Shown here: one piece after another, positions 44,101-53,800 of the stretch
Numbering within the stretch: the first letter of the stretch is position 1
Layout of the letters: every line of letters starts with the position of its first letter
Source: an uncultured Candidatus Kuenenia sp.
GTDB lineage: Bacteria > Planctomycetota > Planctomycetia > Pirellulales > UBA1268
DNA: 64,000 nucleotides
Reading direction: 5' to 3'
Assembly (NCBI GenBank): GCA_964545915.1
Contig: CAZJHQ010000003.1
Location: 25,582-89,581 of the forward strand
Translations under genes and position numbers: made by a program
The notes under the pieces: generated by a model
What the model was told of the DNA's origin: nothing
Databases searched by the model: none
The model's input: only the letters and a program-made list of their open reading frames with translations

Positions 44101-44287
44101 CGGTCAGGCCGTCGGGCAGGCGGAAGGTCTGCCGGGACGCCGCCGGGGCGAGCGGCTGCGGCGCGTCGTCGGGGCGCGGAATGTCGCCGCGACCGTGCGA
44201 GCCGGCGACGGCGAGGACCAGCAGCAGGGCGGGCAGCGTGCGACCACCCTTGCGGACCGTGGACGCGATGAGCGAGCCAGGAGTCAT
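41156..44287 (-). CDS. PVC-type heme-binding protein, paralog 2
   Basis: Start MTPGSLIASTVRKGGRTLPALLLVLAVAG. Same architecture as 21285-24770. C-terminal CGVCH. Confidence 0.85.
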   Translation of the reverse strand: MTPGSLIASTVRKGGRTLPALLLVLAVAGSHGRGDIPRPDDAPQPLAPAASRQTFRLPDGLTVELVAAEPLINEPSGVCWDARGRLFVSELHGYNLEGQFDIEELNKTGRLDTQVRRISAGPEARQKAAAATHGTVKLLADTDGDGRMDKATVFADRLPGCYGICPARDGIIAVAAPQIVFLADRDGDGVAEVREVLYEGLPSGIFERGVSQPQWGHDDWIYAGASGAGGGRITGPRLAAPVDLPRCDFRFKADGSAIEPLVGFTQTFGLTFTDRGERLVINTTTPAILTAPIPWQALARNRDYALASVQQKATRDERAYPTSRPHPWRTKRAENAEFADFYRQRYGLAESAANGYFTSLCGPLFYDDTALPGLAGQCFACEPSQNIITRGALVRDDGKMKFTRIPAEAESEFFTSTDVWFHAIALAHAPDGGMAVVDFYREIIEDYSAIPRYLQQQYELDHGKDRGRIWKIVPERRAPQAAADIDGLDTPALVQELASERFWRRQTARRLLVERGDVATAVPLIRRLITPTAARTTAINALRTLESLGRAAPQDVLVGLRHPEAAVRIHALAIAEPQLGDRELFAAVHALANDPDADVVRRVAIALGGTDDPRVLETLADIARRAGDVPWMDAAVMTGLSGRAGRMLEALLAKPAAIGKAGPLVGPLATAIAARRDPDEFAAGIAALARCPDDALRQAAWRGLCSAFSGPVAVKLEAGTVAAVRAATDDADPVVAASARDLVRLMRIETAAERERRIATLTDRVGETLAEPELRLAAVRELAAESDPAVTAALIRNFEGATPVVREAILQACFARTDRMPAVVDALEAGALPASACSAMQRTALERHPDTTLARRAHAQFAKLVANLDGRITVYSQALAKPRDRTRGGMLFKQHCGVCHQAHGQGVAVGPSLTAEAQQPEQSLLLSILAPSAQISGGYTSYTLVTTGGQVFTGLLAAETASSVTLKQQEGKSQTVLRKDIEELSASQVSLMPDSLARVLTPQDVADILAWIRDPSPAAESQPPPTGRSGGEPGGRPTATTGG

Positions 44288-44398
44288 GGGGAGTTTCCTG
44301 CGGACGGCGATCCGAGAGCACCGTGCAAAATCATAGCACGATCGCGTGAGCGATGGGTGCATGCGGCGGCGGCCGGCCCGGCTGCCGCGGCGCCCGGA

Positions 44399-44948
44399 TC
44401 AGAGAACGATGTCGCGGACCACGTGGCCCTCGACGTCCGTGAGGCGAAACGCCCGGCCCTGGTGCTGGAACACGAGTTCCCGGTGGTCGAAACCCAGCAG
44501 GTGCAGCAGCGTGGCGTGCAGGTCGTGGACGGTGACCGGCGCGGCGGTGACGGCCATGCAGAAGTCGTCGGTGGCCCCGTGCACGTGGCCGCCGCGAATG
44601 CCGCCCCCGGCCAGCACCATCGAGAAGGCGTCGCGATGGTGGTCGCGTCTGACGTCGCCGCTCGTCGGCAACTGGGCCAGCGGCGTGCGGCCGAACTCGC
44701 CTCCCACGATCACCAGGGTCTGCTCTAGCAGCCCGCGCTCCTTCAGGTCGCGGATCAGCGCCGCGAACGCCTGATCCATCCGCGGCACCCGCACCGGGTA
44801 CGACTTGTAGATGTTCGTGTGGTGATCCCATCCGGAATCGAAGATCTGCACGAACCGCACGCCCCGCTCCACCAGGCGGCGGGCGATCAGGCAGTTTCGC
44901 GCCAGCGAGGGCTGATCGGGCTTCGCCAGAACAGGGCGTTCTTGCGGT
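44399..44948 (-). pseudogene. DUF1501 (sulfatase-like) protein, C-terminal fragment
   Basis: CLIARRLVERGVRFVQIFDSGWDHH...VIVGGEFGRTP...VTVHDLHATLLHLLGFDH. The upstream part is replaced by an IS terminus. Confidence 0.8.
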
Positions 44949-45170
44949 ATCGACATCTCCAGCCTCTGACCGGTGCCGGACGCGAGCTGCCGAAGCCCCG
45001 GGAACGGCGACCTGGGACGCGGTCTGCGCAGACGCGGGAAAAACGCCACCGAACCGGGTGCGGGAAGTTTCGAGAAACCCGCTCCGGAAGCCCGGGCCGC
45101 TTCTCCCGAAATCCACGAGTCGCTCATCAGCCCGAAAACCGTTCCGGAAGTGCCATTGACCGGACTATCC
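44949..45170 (+). mobile_element. solo B-type IS91 terminus (B3), including the last 6 transposase codons
   Basis: ATCGACATCTCCAGCCTCTGA...GTGCCATTGACCGGACTATCC; colinear with 40549-40770. Confidence 0.85.
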
Positions 45171-45172
45171 TT

Positions 45173-45315
45173 AAGGCCGAGTGGAAGCTCGGGAGCGGCG
45201 AGGTGTTTCTCCTCGGCGACTTCCCGTCCGGCAGCGTCGACTCCCGGCAGTTCGGCCCGGTCTCGTACAGATCCTTGCGGCACCGCGTGAACGCCGCGGG
45301 CCGTGTGAAGATCGC
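45173..45315 (+). pseudogene. signal peptidase I (S26) C-terminal fragment
   Basis: GEVFLLGDFPSGSVDSRQFGPV matches the GDNRxxSxDSRxxGxV box. Starts right at the IS terminus. Confidence 0.55.
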
Positions 45316-46128
45316 TCATTTTCCCCGCGGAAGCAGGGCGAGGATCTCGGCCGGCACGTCCACGTCGGCGCCTGCCGTCGGCACATCGATCTTGGCTGCC
45401 CAGAGGATGCCGTTGACGATCATCCGCCGGAACGATTCGATTTCGAAGTTCTTGTAGGGATGGCCCAGGGTGGTCGCGAAGGATCGCCCTCCGTCGGGGC
45501 GATCGAACACCCAGCCCACGATCACGTCCTTGCCTCCTTTCTCCGTCACCTGCAACAGCGGCCGGGCGTCCGCCACTTTGGGATCGAGGTAGTACTCGTC
45601 GTCGATCTCCCATTCCTTCCAGCCGCGGCATACCGGATGGTCGGGAATCAGTTGCCGGAGCATCGACCTGCCGCCGCTGCGGCCGCCCTTGCTGACCCAC
45701 GTTCCGCCCAGGTACCCCAGCCAGGCCGGCCCGAGCCGCTCGAGGTTCGCCGGTTCCACCGATGACGCCCAGTGGATGGTGACGAGTCCGCAGCCGTTCT
45801 TCATCAGGGCCTCGACGCCGCTGCGATGCTCGCCGTTGAGGAGCAGTTCCGCCGCCGGAGGCGAGTAGGCGACGATCGCCCGCACGTCGCGCGATGCCTC
45901 AGGGTCGGCGGGCCAGCCGTTGGACACCACCGTTTTCACGCCGGGCGTCCGCTCGGCGCAATGGGCCAGCACCCCGAGGGCGTGCATGTACATGTGCTCG
46001 CCGTACCCGTGATCCGGTTTCGCACCGATGAAGAGAATCTTCGCCGACGGCTCCGCGGCGCGGCCGGCGTGGGCTGCGAACACGAGGCCCACGACAAGCA
46101 GCAGCCGTCGTGCGCGGAACAGGTTCAT
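45316..46128 (-). CDS. ThuA-like (trehalose-utilisation domain) protein, secreted
   Basis: Signal MNLFRARRLLLVVGLVFAAHAGRA. ...GCGLVTIHWAS...DDEYY...GGRSFATTLGHPYKNFE...NGILWAA. Confidence 0.8.
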   Translation of the reverse strand: MNLFRARRLLLVVGLVFAAHAGRAAEPSAKILFIGAKPDHGYGEHMYMHALGVLAHCAERTPGVKTVVSNGWPADPEASRDVRAIVAYSPPAAELLLNGEHRSGVEALMKNGCGLVTIHWASSVEPANLERLGPAWLGYLGGTWVSKGGRSGGRSMLRQLIPDHPVCRGWKEWEIDDEYYLDPKVADARPLLQVTEKGGKDVIVGWVFDRPDGGRSFATTLGHPYKNFEIESFRRMIVNGILWAAKIDVPTAGADVDVPAEILALLPRGK

Positions 46129-46351
46129 GCTGGGTCTCCTTTTGTCTGAATGCCTCGCGGGCCGACACCCGGTCCTGCCGCGGTCCGCATCCAGATCGGT
46201 TATACGGTCCCGATCGAGGTTCGCCCGCAGTTTCCGCGCCGCCCAGACGCCGTCGCCGCTCCCATCCAGTTCGCCGCCGCCCTCGCACAAGCAGCGGCCT
46301 TGGCAGAGCCTGTACAGTCGGTCGGAGAACATTTCCCCGGGTACCGTCACG

Positions 46352-47221
46352 ATGAAGATCGGCATCGACAGCTACTGCTACCACCGCTTCCTCGGCGAGG
46401 TCTATCCGGAGCAGCAGCCGCCGGCCGCCCCGCTCACCATGGACCGGGTCATGGACCGGGCCCACGAGCTCGGCTGCGAGGGCATCTCGCTCGAGTCGTG
46501 CTTCTTTCCCAGTTTCGATGCCGGCTACCTCGCCGACGTTCGGGCCCGGCTCGACGCCTACGCCTTCGACCGCGTCTATGCCTGGGGACATCCCGACGGG
46601 CTGGAGGCGGGCCGCAGCCCGCGGGCCAGGGACGACATGATCCGCCACATCCACCATGCCAAGGCGATCGGCGCGACCGTGATGCGGGTGGTCGGCAGCA
46701 GTTTCAGTTTCGTGCGCGAGCCGCACGAGCCGCAGATCCGCATCCTCGGTGGATGGTTCAAGGAGGCCGTGCGGGTGGCTGCCGGCGAGGGCGTCTCGCT
46801 GGCCGTAGAAAACCACATCGACTACGACGCCGACGAGATCCTGCGACTGATCGCCGAGGTCGATTCGCCGTTCTTCGGCGTCAATCTCGACACCGCCAAC
46901 TTCCTCCGGGTCCAGGACGACCCGGTCGAAGCGACCGCGAAGCTCGCCCAGCACGTGCTCGCCACCCACGTCAAGGACATCGCGCCCGTGAAGGGCCGCA
47001 GCGTTCGTGCCTGGAACTACTTCGCCTGCGTGGCCGCCGGCGAGGGTCTCGTCGAAATCGACAAGATCGTGGCCATCCTCGCCCGCACGGGCTACCGCGG
47101 GTTGCTCGCCTTCGAGGTGGACATGCCGGCCCCGCAGTGGCTCGGCCGCGAGGACGAGATGGTGGAGCGGAGCATCGAGTATCTGAAGCGGCTGGCGGCC
47201 GCGGAGTCGGTCCATGCCTGA
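46352..47221 (+). CDS. sugar phosphate isomerase/epimerase (xylose-isomerase-like TIM barrel)
   Basis: MKIGIDSYCYHR..., LAVENHIDY, GVNLDTANF, LLAFEVD. Confidence 0.8.
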   Translation: MKIGIDSYCYHRFLGEVYPEQQPPAAPLTMDRVMDRAHELGCEGISLESCFFPSFDAGYLADVRARLDAYAFDRVYAWGHPDGLEAGRSPRARDDMIRHIHHAKAIGATVMRVVGSSFSFVREPHEPQIRILGGWFKEAVRVAAGEGVSLAVENHIDYDADEILRLIAEVDSPFFGVNLDTANFLRVQDDPVEATAKLAQHVLATHVKDIAPVKGRSVRAWNYFACVAAGEGLVEIDKIVAILARTGYRGLLAFEVDMPAPQWLGREDEMVERSIEYLKRLAAAESVHA

Positions 47222-48413
47222 TGTCTCACCGCTGCGGATCGGCATCGCCGGCACGAGCTTCATGGGCCGGGCGCACTCCAACGCCTGGCTGCAGGCCCCG
47301 CGGTTCTTCGACCTGCCGCGAACGATCGAGCTGCGGGCGGCCTGCGGCCGCGATCGCACCGCGGCGGAGGATTTCGCCCGCCGCTGGGGCTGGCAGAGCG
47401 TGGAGACCGACTGGCGGGCGCTCGTGGCCCGCGACGACGTCGACGTGATCGACGTCTGCGTGCCGCAGGCGCTGCATGCGCCGGTCGCGATCGCGGCGGC
47501 CCGGGCGGGGAAGCATGTCTTCTGCGAGAAGCCCCTGGCGCTCACCCGCGCCGACGCGGAGGCGATGCTCGCGGCCGTGCAGCAGGCGGGCGTGCGGCAT
47601 GTCGTGAATCACAACTACCGCCGCGTCCCGGCCATCCAGTTGGCGAAGCGACTGATCGACGAGGGACGGATCGGCCGTATCTTCCACTGGCGGGCGACGT
47701 ATCAGCAGGACTGGATCATCGACCCCGAGTTCCCGCTCACCTGGCACCTGCAGCGGGAGCACGCCGGCTCCGGCCCGCACGGCGACCTCAACTCGCACAG
47801 CATCGACCTGGCCCACTTCCTCGTGGGGAGGATCGAGACCGTCTCCTGCCTGACCGCGCGGTTCATCGGCGAGCGGCCGCTGCCGGGCGCCGGAGCAGCC
47901 ACCTTCTCTGCCGGCACCGGAACGGCCACCGCGGCCCGCGGAGCGGTGACCGTGGAAGACGCCGCGCTCCTGCACGTGCAGTTCGCCGACGGCGCGGTCG
48001 GCTCCTTCGAGGCCACCCGCTTCGCCGCCGGCCGCAAGAATCGCAACCGCTTCGAGATCTACGGCAGCGAGGGCAGCCTGGCCTTCGACCTGGAGCGGAT
48101 GAACGAGCTGGAGTTCTACTCGCGGGGCGATCCAGAGCATGCCCGCGGTTTCCGCACGATCCTCGTCACCGAGGCCTGCCATCCGTACGTCGGGCGGTGG
48201 TGGCCACCGGGACACACGATCGGCTACGAGCACACGTTCGTCCATGCCGTCGCCGACTTCGTCACCGCCGTCCACACGGGCGCGGCCGTCCATCCCGACT
48301 TCTCCGACGGCCTGCGGGTGATCGCCGTCCTCGAGGCGGCCCTCGAGTCGGCGGCCAGCGGCCGACGGATCACGGTCCCCCCCTTCCATTCCCCTTCAGG
48401 AGGCTCGACATGA
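47214..48413 (+). CDS. Gfo/Idh/MocA-family oxidoreductase
   Basis: Rossmann start RIGIAGTSFMGRAH; VFCEKPLA motif. Overlaps the previous gene by 8 nt. Confidence 0.85.
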   Translation: MPDVSPLRIGIAGTSFMGRAHSNAWLQAPRFFDLPRTIELRAACGRDRTAAEDFARRWGWQSVETDWRALVARDDVDVIDVCVPQALHAPVAIAAARAGKHVFCEKPLALTRADAEAMLAAVQQAGVRHVVNHNYRRVPAIQLAKRLIDEGRIGRIFHWRATYQQDWIIDPEFPLTWHLQREHAGSGPHGDLNSHSIDLAHFLVGRIETVSCLTARFIGERPLPGAGAATFSAGTGTATAARGAVTVEDAALLHVQFADGAVGSFEATRFAAGRKNRNRFEIYGSEGSLAFDLERMNELEFYSRGDPEHARGFRTILVTEACHPYVGRWWPPGHTIGYEHTFVHAVADFVTAVHTGAAVHPDFSDGLRVIAVLEAALESAASGRRITVPPFHSPSGGST

Positions 48414-49294
48414 CCCCGAGACAGGAGCAGTTCGCCCGCGATGGATTCGTGCTCGAGCGGGTGCTCACCGACGCCGAGGTCGAGGACTTCCGCCGCCTGA
48501 TGGCCGAATTGCTCGACCCGACCACGCGGACGGCCGCGAACGAGGTGGCCTGCTCGTCGATGCAGCACCTCGGCGATCCGCTGGAGTCGTTCGGAACCCG
48601 CGCGAAGCAGTACTACATCCACATGCTCGGCACCCCCCGGGCCACGTCGATCCTGCACGCCTACCACATCCCGGCCATGCTCGAGATCGTGGAAGAGCTG
48701 CTCGGGCCGCACCCGATCATCAACAACGCGTCGATCTTCGCGACGAACCCGGGCGTCACCTACAACCTCGGCTGGCACCGCGACGTGATCCAGATTCCGC
48801 CGGACGAGATCCGCGACGAGCTGTTTTCGACGGCCTGGCCGCACAACAGCGTGCAGATCAACCTGCCGCTCTACGAGGAGCAGAGCCTGTGGGTGGTGCC
48901 CGGCAGCCACCAGCGACCCAACACCCCGGCGGAGGATGCGGCATTCGCCGGATCGAAGCACTACGCTCCCGTCGACGCGGCGATGCCGGGCGGGATCCCC
49001 GTGAAGATTCCCGCCGGCCACGCCCTGCTCTACAACAACAACCTCATCCATCGCGGCTACAACGCCGGCATGGAGACCCCGCGGCGGACGCTGCACATGG
49101 GGTACCACAGCGCCGCGCGGAAGCCGACCTGGCATTTCTACCTGCTGCCGCTGGCGCCGATTTCCGACCCTGCCTACCAGGCCCGCCTGCAGCCCCGGAT
49201 CAGGGGTATGGTCGAGGAATACATCGCCCTGCGGCACCGCTACCCGCGGATGGAAGACACCTGGCAGCCTGGCTGGCCGGGGCCGGCGGCGTAG
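48410..49294 (+). CDS. phytanoyl-CoA dioxygenase (PhyH)-family Fe(II)/2-oxoglutarate oxygenase
   Basis: ATGA overlap; AGGAGG 7 nt upstream. GWHRDV (HxD) and distal LIHRGYN. Confidence 0.75.
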   Translation: MTPRQEQFARDGFVLERVLTDAEVEDFRRLMAELLDPTTRTAANEVACSSMQHLGDPLESFGTRAKQYYIHMLGTPRATSILHAYHIPAMLEIVEELLGPHPIINNASIFATNPGVTYNLGWHRDVIQIPPDEIRDELFSTAWPHNSVQINLPLYEEQSLWVVPGSHQRPNTPAEDAAFAGSKHYAPVDAAMPGGIPVKIPAGHALLYNNNLIHRGYNAGMETPRRTLHMGYHSAARKPTWHFYLLPLAPISDPAYQARLQPRIRGMVEEYIALRHRYPRMEDTWQPGWPGPAA

Positions 49295-49326
49295 CGATCG
49301 TGGGAGCGGTCTCGCCCGGCGGGCCG

Positions 49327-50127
49327 TCAGCGTTTCGGCGGTACCCCGCGTTTCGGCGGCAACCAGCTTTTCGGCGGCAACTCGGGGGCTGCCCCGCCGC
49401 CCTGCTGCTTGCGGTACTCGCCCGGCGACAGGCCGTACTCGCGGCGGAACTCGCGGACGAAGTGGCTCTGGTCGCAAAAGCCGTGGGCCGCGCTGATGGC
49501 GGCGAGCGGGCGGCGGGTGGTCGTCAGCTCGCGGCATGCCAGCCGCAGACGCAGCCGCCGCAGGAACTGCTGCGGCGTTGCCTGCATGTGCCGGCGAAAC
49601 ATCCGTTCGAAGGCCCGCACGGAGCGGCCGGCGATCCGTGCCAGCTCGGTGTTCGCAAGCGGCGCGGCGAAGTTTTTCCGCATGTGGACGAGCACCAGGC
49701 CGAGGGCCGCGTCGGCGTCGCCCGCATGCACGGCGTCGGCATCGACCACCCGCGTCATCCCCAGCGTGCCCACGATCCTGCCGCGGGCGTCACGCAGCGG
49801 CCTCTTCGTGGTCAGCGACCAGACGGCGGTGCGGTCGAAGCGGCCCACGAGTTCGATCCGGCCGTCGACCGTCTCGCCTACCAGCGCCCGTTCGTCGTCG
49901 AGCCGGTACTGATCGGCGAGGTGATGCGGCGAGAGGTCGTAATCGGTGCGTCCGACGACCTGCTCCGACCGCTCGAGGGCGTAGTTCAGCAGGAAGCCGC
50001 GGTTCACCCAGGCATAGCGGCCCTGCCGATCCTTGATCCAGCACTGCACGGCCTCGATCTGGTCGAGCAGGCCGGCCAGGCCGGCCGCCAGCGGTTCGAG
50101 GGGCTGCAGGTCGCGAGCGCCGTCCAT
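49327..50127 (-). CDS. PAS-domain AraC-family transcriptional regulator
   Basis: PAS-like WIKDRQGRYAWVNRGFL...VVGRTDYDL. C-terminal AraC HTH AAHGFCDQSHFVREFRREYGLSPGEYR. Confidence 0.8.
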   Translation of the reverse strand: MDGARDLQPLEPLAAGLAGLLDQIEAVQCWIKDRQGRYAWVNRGFLLNYALERSEQVVGRTDYDLSPHHLADQYRLDDERALVGETVDGRIELVGRFDRTAVWSLTTKRPLRDARGRIVGTLGMTRVVDADAVHAGDADAALGLVLVHMRKNFAAPLANTELARIAGRSVRAFERMFRRHMQATPQQFLRRLRLRLACRELTTTRRPLAAISAAHGFCDQSHFVREFRREYGLSPGEYRKQQGGGAAPELPPKSWLPPKRGVPPKR

Positions 50128-50319
50128 GCGAGTGAGTCCGGGGGGCGGTGCGTGATCACCCGAAAGTATCCCGCGCCAGGGCGGCCGCTGCACGCCGGTC
50201 TGATTCCAGCCAACGCCGCTCGCGGTGTCGCGCCCCCCCGGGATGCTAAAGTGCTGGTGGAAAACAGAGACGTCGCGCGTCTCGGGCGGTGAATCGATTC
50301 CGGCTCTCGGAGCTGCATC

Positions 50320-53300
50320 ATGAAGACGGTTTTCCTGGCCCGCATGGGCTGCCTCCTCGGCCTGTGCGTGATCGGCTTCACCGGCCGCGCGCATGCGGAC
50401 GAGAAGCCTCTTCCGGAAGAGGTCCGCAAGCCTGAGTCGACCATTCGCCCCCCGCCGGCCGGCCTGAAGGGCATGGTCGATGCGGGAAAAAACGATCCCG
50501 ATCTCGCGGGTTTGAAGGTGCCGGAAGGGGTCCGGGTCGAGATCGTCGCCTGCGAACCAAACGTCATCAATCCCGTGGCCATGCGGTTCGAGGCGGATGG
50601 CTCTCTGCTCTGGATCCGCTGGGTAGCCGGTGCCGGCAACGGCCAGGAAACAATCACGTATCGCGATGGAACGAAGAGGAACATGCCCCGCTGGATGCGT
50701 GCCACGCCCGATCCGCTCTCAATCCTGCGTGACACGAACGGCGATGGCCGGTGGGACCGATCGGAAACGCTGATGGACGACCTCTTCATGCCGCCCTCGC
50801 TGCTCCGCGTGGACGAGTGGCTCTACTTCACCACCCGCGGCAGCGTCATCCGTCGCAAGCGGAGCATGCCCCAGGGGCCCTTCGACGTGCAGGAGCGGCT
50901 CGTGCAGGGCTTGGCCGCATGGCACATGCACCAGACGTCGGGATTGTCCCGCTCGCTCGACAACTGGATCTACGTGACCTGCGGCGACGAGGACAGCCAC
51001 GCCGAGGGGGCGGATGGCACGCGGATCGACCTCTTCCGCAATGGCGGTGTCTGGCAGATGCGGCCCGACGGCTCGCGGCTCGGCCTGTTCGCCAACGGGT
51101 TTCGCAATCCGTATCGCGACGTGATCTTCGACGACTTCGGCAACATGTTTCACGTCGACAACGACAACGAGGACGGCTCGAAGTTCATGGGCTGCCGGCT
51201 GCTCCACATCCAGGAGGAGGCCGATTACGGATGGCGTCTCCTGGACGGCGTCCATTGTTGCAGCCCCGATCATCATCGGGGCAGCGTTTCGGGAGAGAAG
51301 GCGGGGCGGATGCCATGCCTCGTCAAGACGGGGCGTGGCGGCCCCGCCGGACTGGCCCGTTACGACAGCGACCGCTTTCCCCCGTTCTTCCAAGGGCTTC
51401 TCCTCTATCCGGACGTGCTCCAGCAGAACGTGCGGGCGTACAAGGTCGTTCGCCAAGGATCGACGTTCGCCGTCGTCGAGCAATTCACGCTTCTCGACGG
51501 CAGTTCTGCCGGTCGCTTCAAGCCGATCCAGGCGGTCGTGGGGCCCGATGGAGCCGTCTACGTCGCCGACATGCGTACGGGTTCGTGGGGCGACTTTGTG
51601 GAAGGCAAGGAGGGCCGCATCCTCCGCCTGAGCTGGTCGGGAACCGAGGAGCATCCGGCCATGCCGCTCGCGCCGCTCGATCGCTGGGCGAAGCGTGCCA
51701 TGGGCACGGACGACGAACTCGTGGATTCCCTAGAGCAGCCCGAACACGAGTGGCGACTGCTCGCGCTTGACGCGCTCGAGCGGCGTGGCGATGCGGCGCG
51801 GCCGCGGCTGATCGCCCTGGCCTTGGACGCCAAGGCGGAGCCCCGAGCCCGCAGCGCGGCGATGAGCGGGGCGGGTCGGCTCTGGAACGACGCGGTCGAG
51901 GATGCCATGGTGGGATTGCTCGGGGATGGCCACCTCGAACTGCGGCGGCTGGCCGCCGAGCTGCTGGGACGCAACGCCGGGGGCGGTCGTGTCCGGGAAA
52001 CGTCGCTGGCCGCACTGACACGAGTGCTGACCGAGGATCGTGAACCAGCCGTGCGGCGTGCGGCGGCCTTGTCGCTCGGCCGACTGGCCTCCCTTCTCCC
52101 CGAGGAGCATGCCGACCGCCGCGCCGCCGCCCGGAGCCTGTGGACGAACTACCGTGCGAGCGACGGGAGCGACCAATTTCTGCACGATGGCATGCTGCGG
52201 GCGCTGGAACGCCTGGGCGGAGCGGGCCTCGCTCCGATCGGCGAACTGGCGCGTTCGACCCAGTCCGACGATCGGGCGTTCGCCGTCGGGGCTCTGGAGG
52301 CCCTGCGGACCCGGGCGGGAGCCGAGCTTGTGGCCGCGGCCCTCCGGGACGACGACGGATGGACTCCCGAGCAGGCCCGGCGGCTGCTCGCCGCATTCCG
52401 CGGGTTTCAACTGGAGCCTCCGCTCGATCCCACACCCGTGGGAACCTGGCTCGAAAAGCATCCTCGAGCCCCGGTCGAGGTCCAGGTGGAGGCGCTCGTG
52501 ACGCTCGGCCTGATGGCGACCGCCGATTCCGCGAGGGTCGTGCCCGTGGTGCTGCGGATCCTGCAGCATCCCGAATCGTCGCTGCGGCGGGCGGCAATCC
52601 AGGCGATCAAGGACCAGCGGATCCTCGCGGCCGCCCGGCCGCTGGCGGAAGCCCTGCGCAGCTCCGGCAAAGACGCCGCGGAACGGCTCGACATCGTCGC
52701 CGCCCTGGCGGCCCTGCAGCCTGGCGGGCGGTTCGCCCAGTTCCGGAGCGATCCAGGCGTCCGCGGAGTCGTCGCGGAACTCTTCGAGCTCTATCCTCGC
52801 GAGACCGACGCGAAGGTGCGGAATGACCTGCTCGGCTTGCTGGGTCAGCTCGATTTCAAGCGGGCCAAGCCCTTGGCCGAGGAAGCCCTGGCGAGCAGGG
52901 ATCCGGCCACGCAGTCGGCCGCCCTGCAGGTGCTCTCCGCCGACCCCGAGAGCGTTCGGCAGGTGGCCGGGCAGTTCCTGGAAGGGAAGCTTCCCGAGCC
53001 GTTCCTGCCGCAGGTGACCGCCGCCCTGGAGCGGCATCTCGCCGGCGATAAAACTGGGGAGCTGGCGAAGCTCCGCGAACGCATCCTCGCGGACGCCCTG
53101 GTCGTGAAGAGCGAAGCGGATCTCAACAGGCTCGCGGCGCTCGTAGAGGCGCAGGGGAATGCCGACCGCGGCCGGGCCGTGTTCCTCGATCAGCGTCGCT
53201 CCCACTGCATGAAGTGCCACGGCCTGGAGGGCAAGGGAGGCAAGATCGGCCCCGACCTCTCCGGTCTGCACAAGACGATGTCCGCCGGAAAGTTTCTCGA

Positions 53301-53592
53301 GGCGATTCTCGAGCCCTCCAAGGAGATCAAGGAAAATTTCGAGACGTACGTGGTCACCACCACGGACGGCAAGATCTACTCCGGCTTGAAGATCAGCGAC
53401 GACGGCAAGCGGTACGTGCTCCGCGATGCCGAAGGGAAGGACATCCCGCTCGCGGCCGAGGACGTGGAGGAGTTCAGCCGCTCGAAGACGAGCCTCATGC
53501 CCGCGGGCGTGACCGCCGCGCTGAAACTGCAGGAGCTCCTTGATCTCGTGGCCTTCCTGCGGGACGGGGCCGCCCAGGCCCGGCTGCGGTAG
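50320..53592 (+). CDS. PVC-type heme-binding protein, paralog 3
   Basis: Signal MKTVFLARMGCLLGLCVIGFTGRAHA; NVINPVAMRFEADGSL; HEAT-like repeats; C-terminal CMKCH. Confidence 0.85.
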   Translation: MKTVFLARMGCLLGLCVIGFTGRAHADEKPLPEEVRKPESTIRPPPAGLKGMVDAGKNDPDLAGLKVPEGVRVEIVACEPNVINPVAMRFEADGSLLWIRWVAGAGNGQETITYRDGTKRNMPRWMRATPDPLSILRDTNGDGRWDRSETLMDDLFMPPSLLRVDEWLYFTTRGSVIRRKRSMPQGPFDVQERLVQGLAAWHMHQTSGLSRSLDNWIYVTCGDEDSHAEGADGTRIDLFRNGGVWQMRPDGSRLGLFANGFRNPYRDVIFDDFGNMFHVDNDNEDGSKFMGCRLLHIQEEADYGWRLLDGVHCCSPDHHRGSVSGEKAGRMPCLVKTGRGGPAGLARYDSDRFPPFFQGLLLYPDVLQQNVRAYKVVRQGSTFAVVEQFTLLDGSSAGRFKPIQAVVGPDGAVYVADMRTGSWGDFVEGKEGRILRLSWSGTEEHPAMPLAPLDRWAKRAMGTDDELVDSLEQPEHEWRLLALDALERRGDAARPRLIALALDAKAEPRARSAAMSGAGRLWNDAVEDAMVGLLGDGHLELRRLAAELLGRNAGGGRVRETSLAALTRVLTEDREPAVRRAAALSLGRLASLLPEEHADRRAAARSLWTNYRASDGSDQFLHDGMLRALERLGGAGLAPIGELARSTQSDDRAFAVGALEALRTRAGAELVAAALRDDDGWTPEQARRLLAAFRGFQLEPPLDPTPVGTWLEKHPRAPVEVQVEALVTLGLMATADSARVVPVVLRILQHPESSLRRAAIQAIKDQRILAAARPLAEALRSSGKDAAERLDIVAALAALQPGGRFAQFRSDPGVRGVVAELFELYPRETDAKVRNDLLGLLGQLDFKRAKPLAEEALASRDPATQSAALQVLSADPESVRQVAGQFLEGKLPEPFLPQVTAALERHLAGDKTGELAKLRERILADALVVKSEADLNRLAALVEAQGNADRGRAVFLDQRRSHCMKCHGLEGKGGKIGPDLSGLHKTMSAGKFLEAILEPSKEIKENFETYVVTTTDGKIYSGLKISDDGKRYVLRDAEGKDIPLAAEDVEEFSRSKTSLMPAGVTAALKLQELLDLVAFLRDGAAQARLR

Positions 53593-53647
53593 TCCGGTCG
53601 TGCTCCCGTCGCGGCCGGGTCGGTCACGGGCGACCTGCCTCGTCGCC

Positions 53648-53800
53648 TCAGGCGAGCACGTCCTGCACCACCTTGCCGTGCACGTCGGTGAGCCGGTAGT
53701 CGCGGCCCTGGAAGCGATAGGTGAGCCGCTCGTGGTCGATGCCCGGGCAGTGGAGGAGCGTGGCGTTCAGGTCGTGAATGTGCATCGGCTTGTCGATGAA
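53648..53800 (-). pseudogene. DUF1501 protein, last ~50 codons only
   Basis: [49 protein letters not shown], paralogous to the end of 44399-44948. Cut by the A-type terminus. Confidence 0.7.

Noticed and set aside
44399-45700. 433-aa ORF treated as one gene
   Set aside because: It is a chimera. Only 44399-44948 is DUF1501-like. The rest reads through the solo IS91 terminus and antisense to the signal-peptidase fragment and the ThuA-like gene.
53214-53543. 109-aa and similar short ORFs nested in the C-terminus of the PVC heme protein
   Set aside because: They are off-frame within a gene that has a clear CxxCH cytochrome c domain, and their composition is Arg/Gly-rich.
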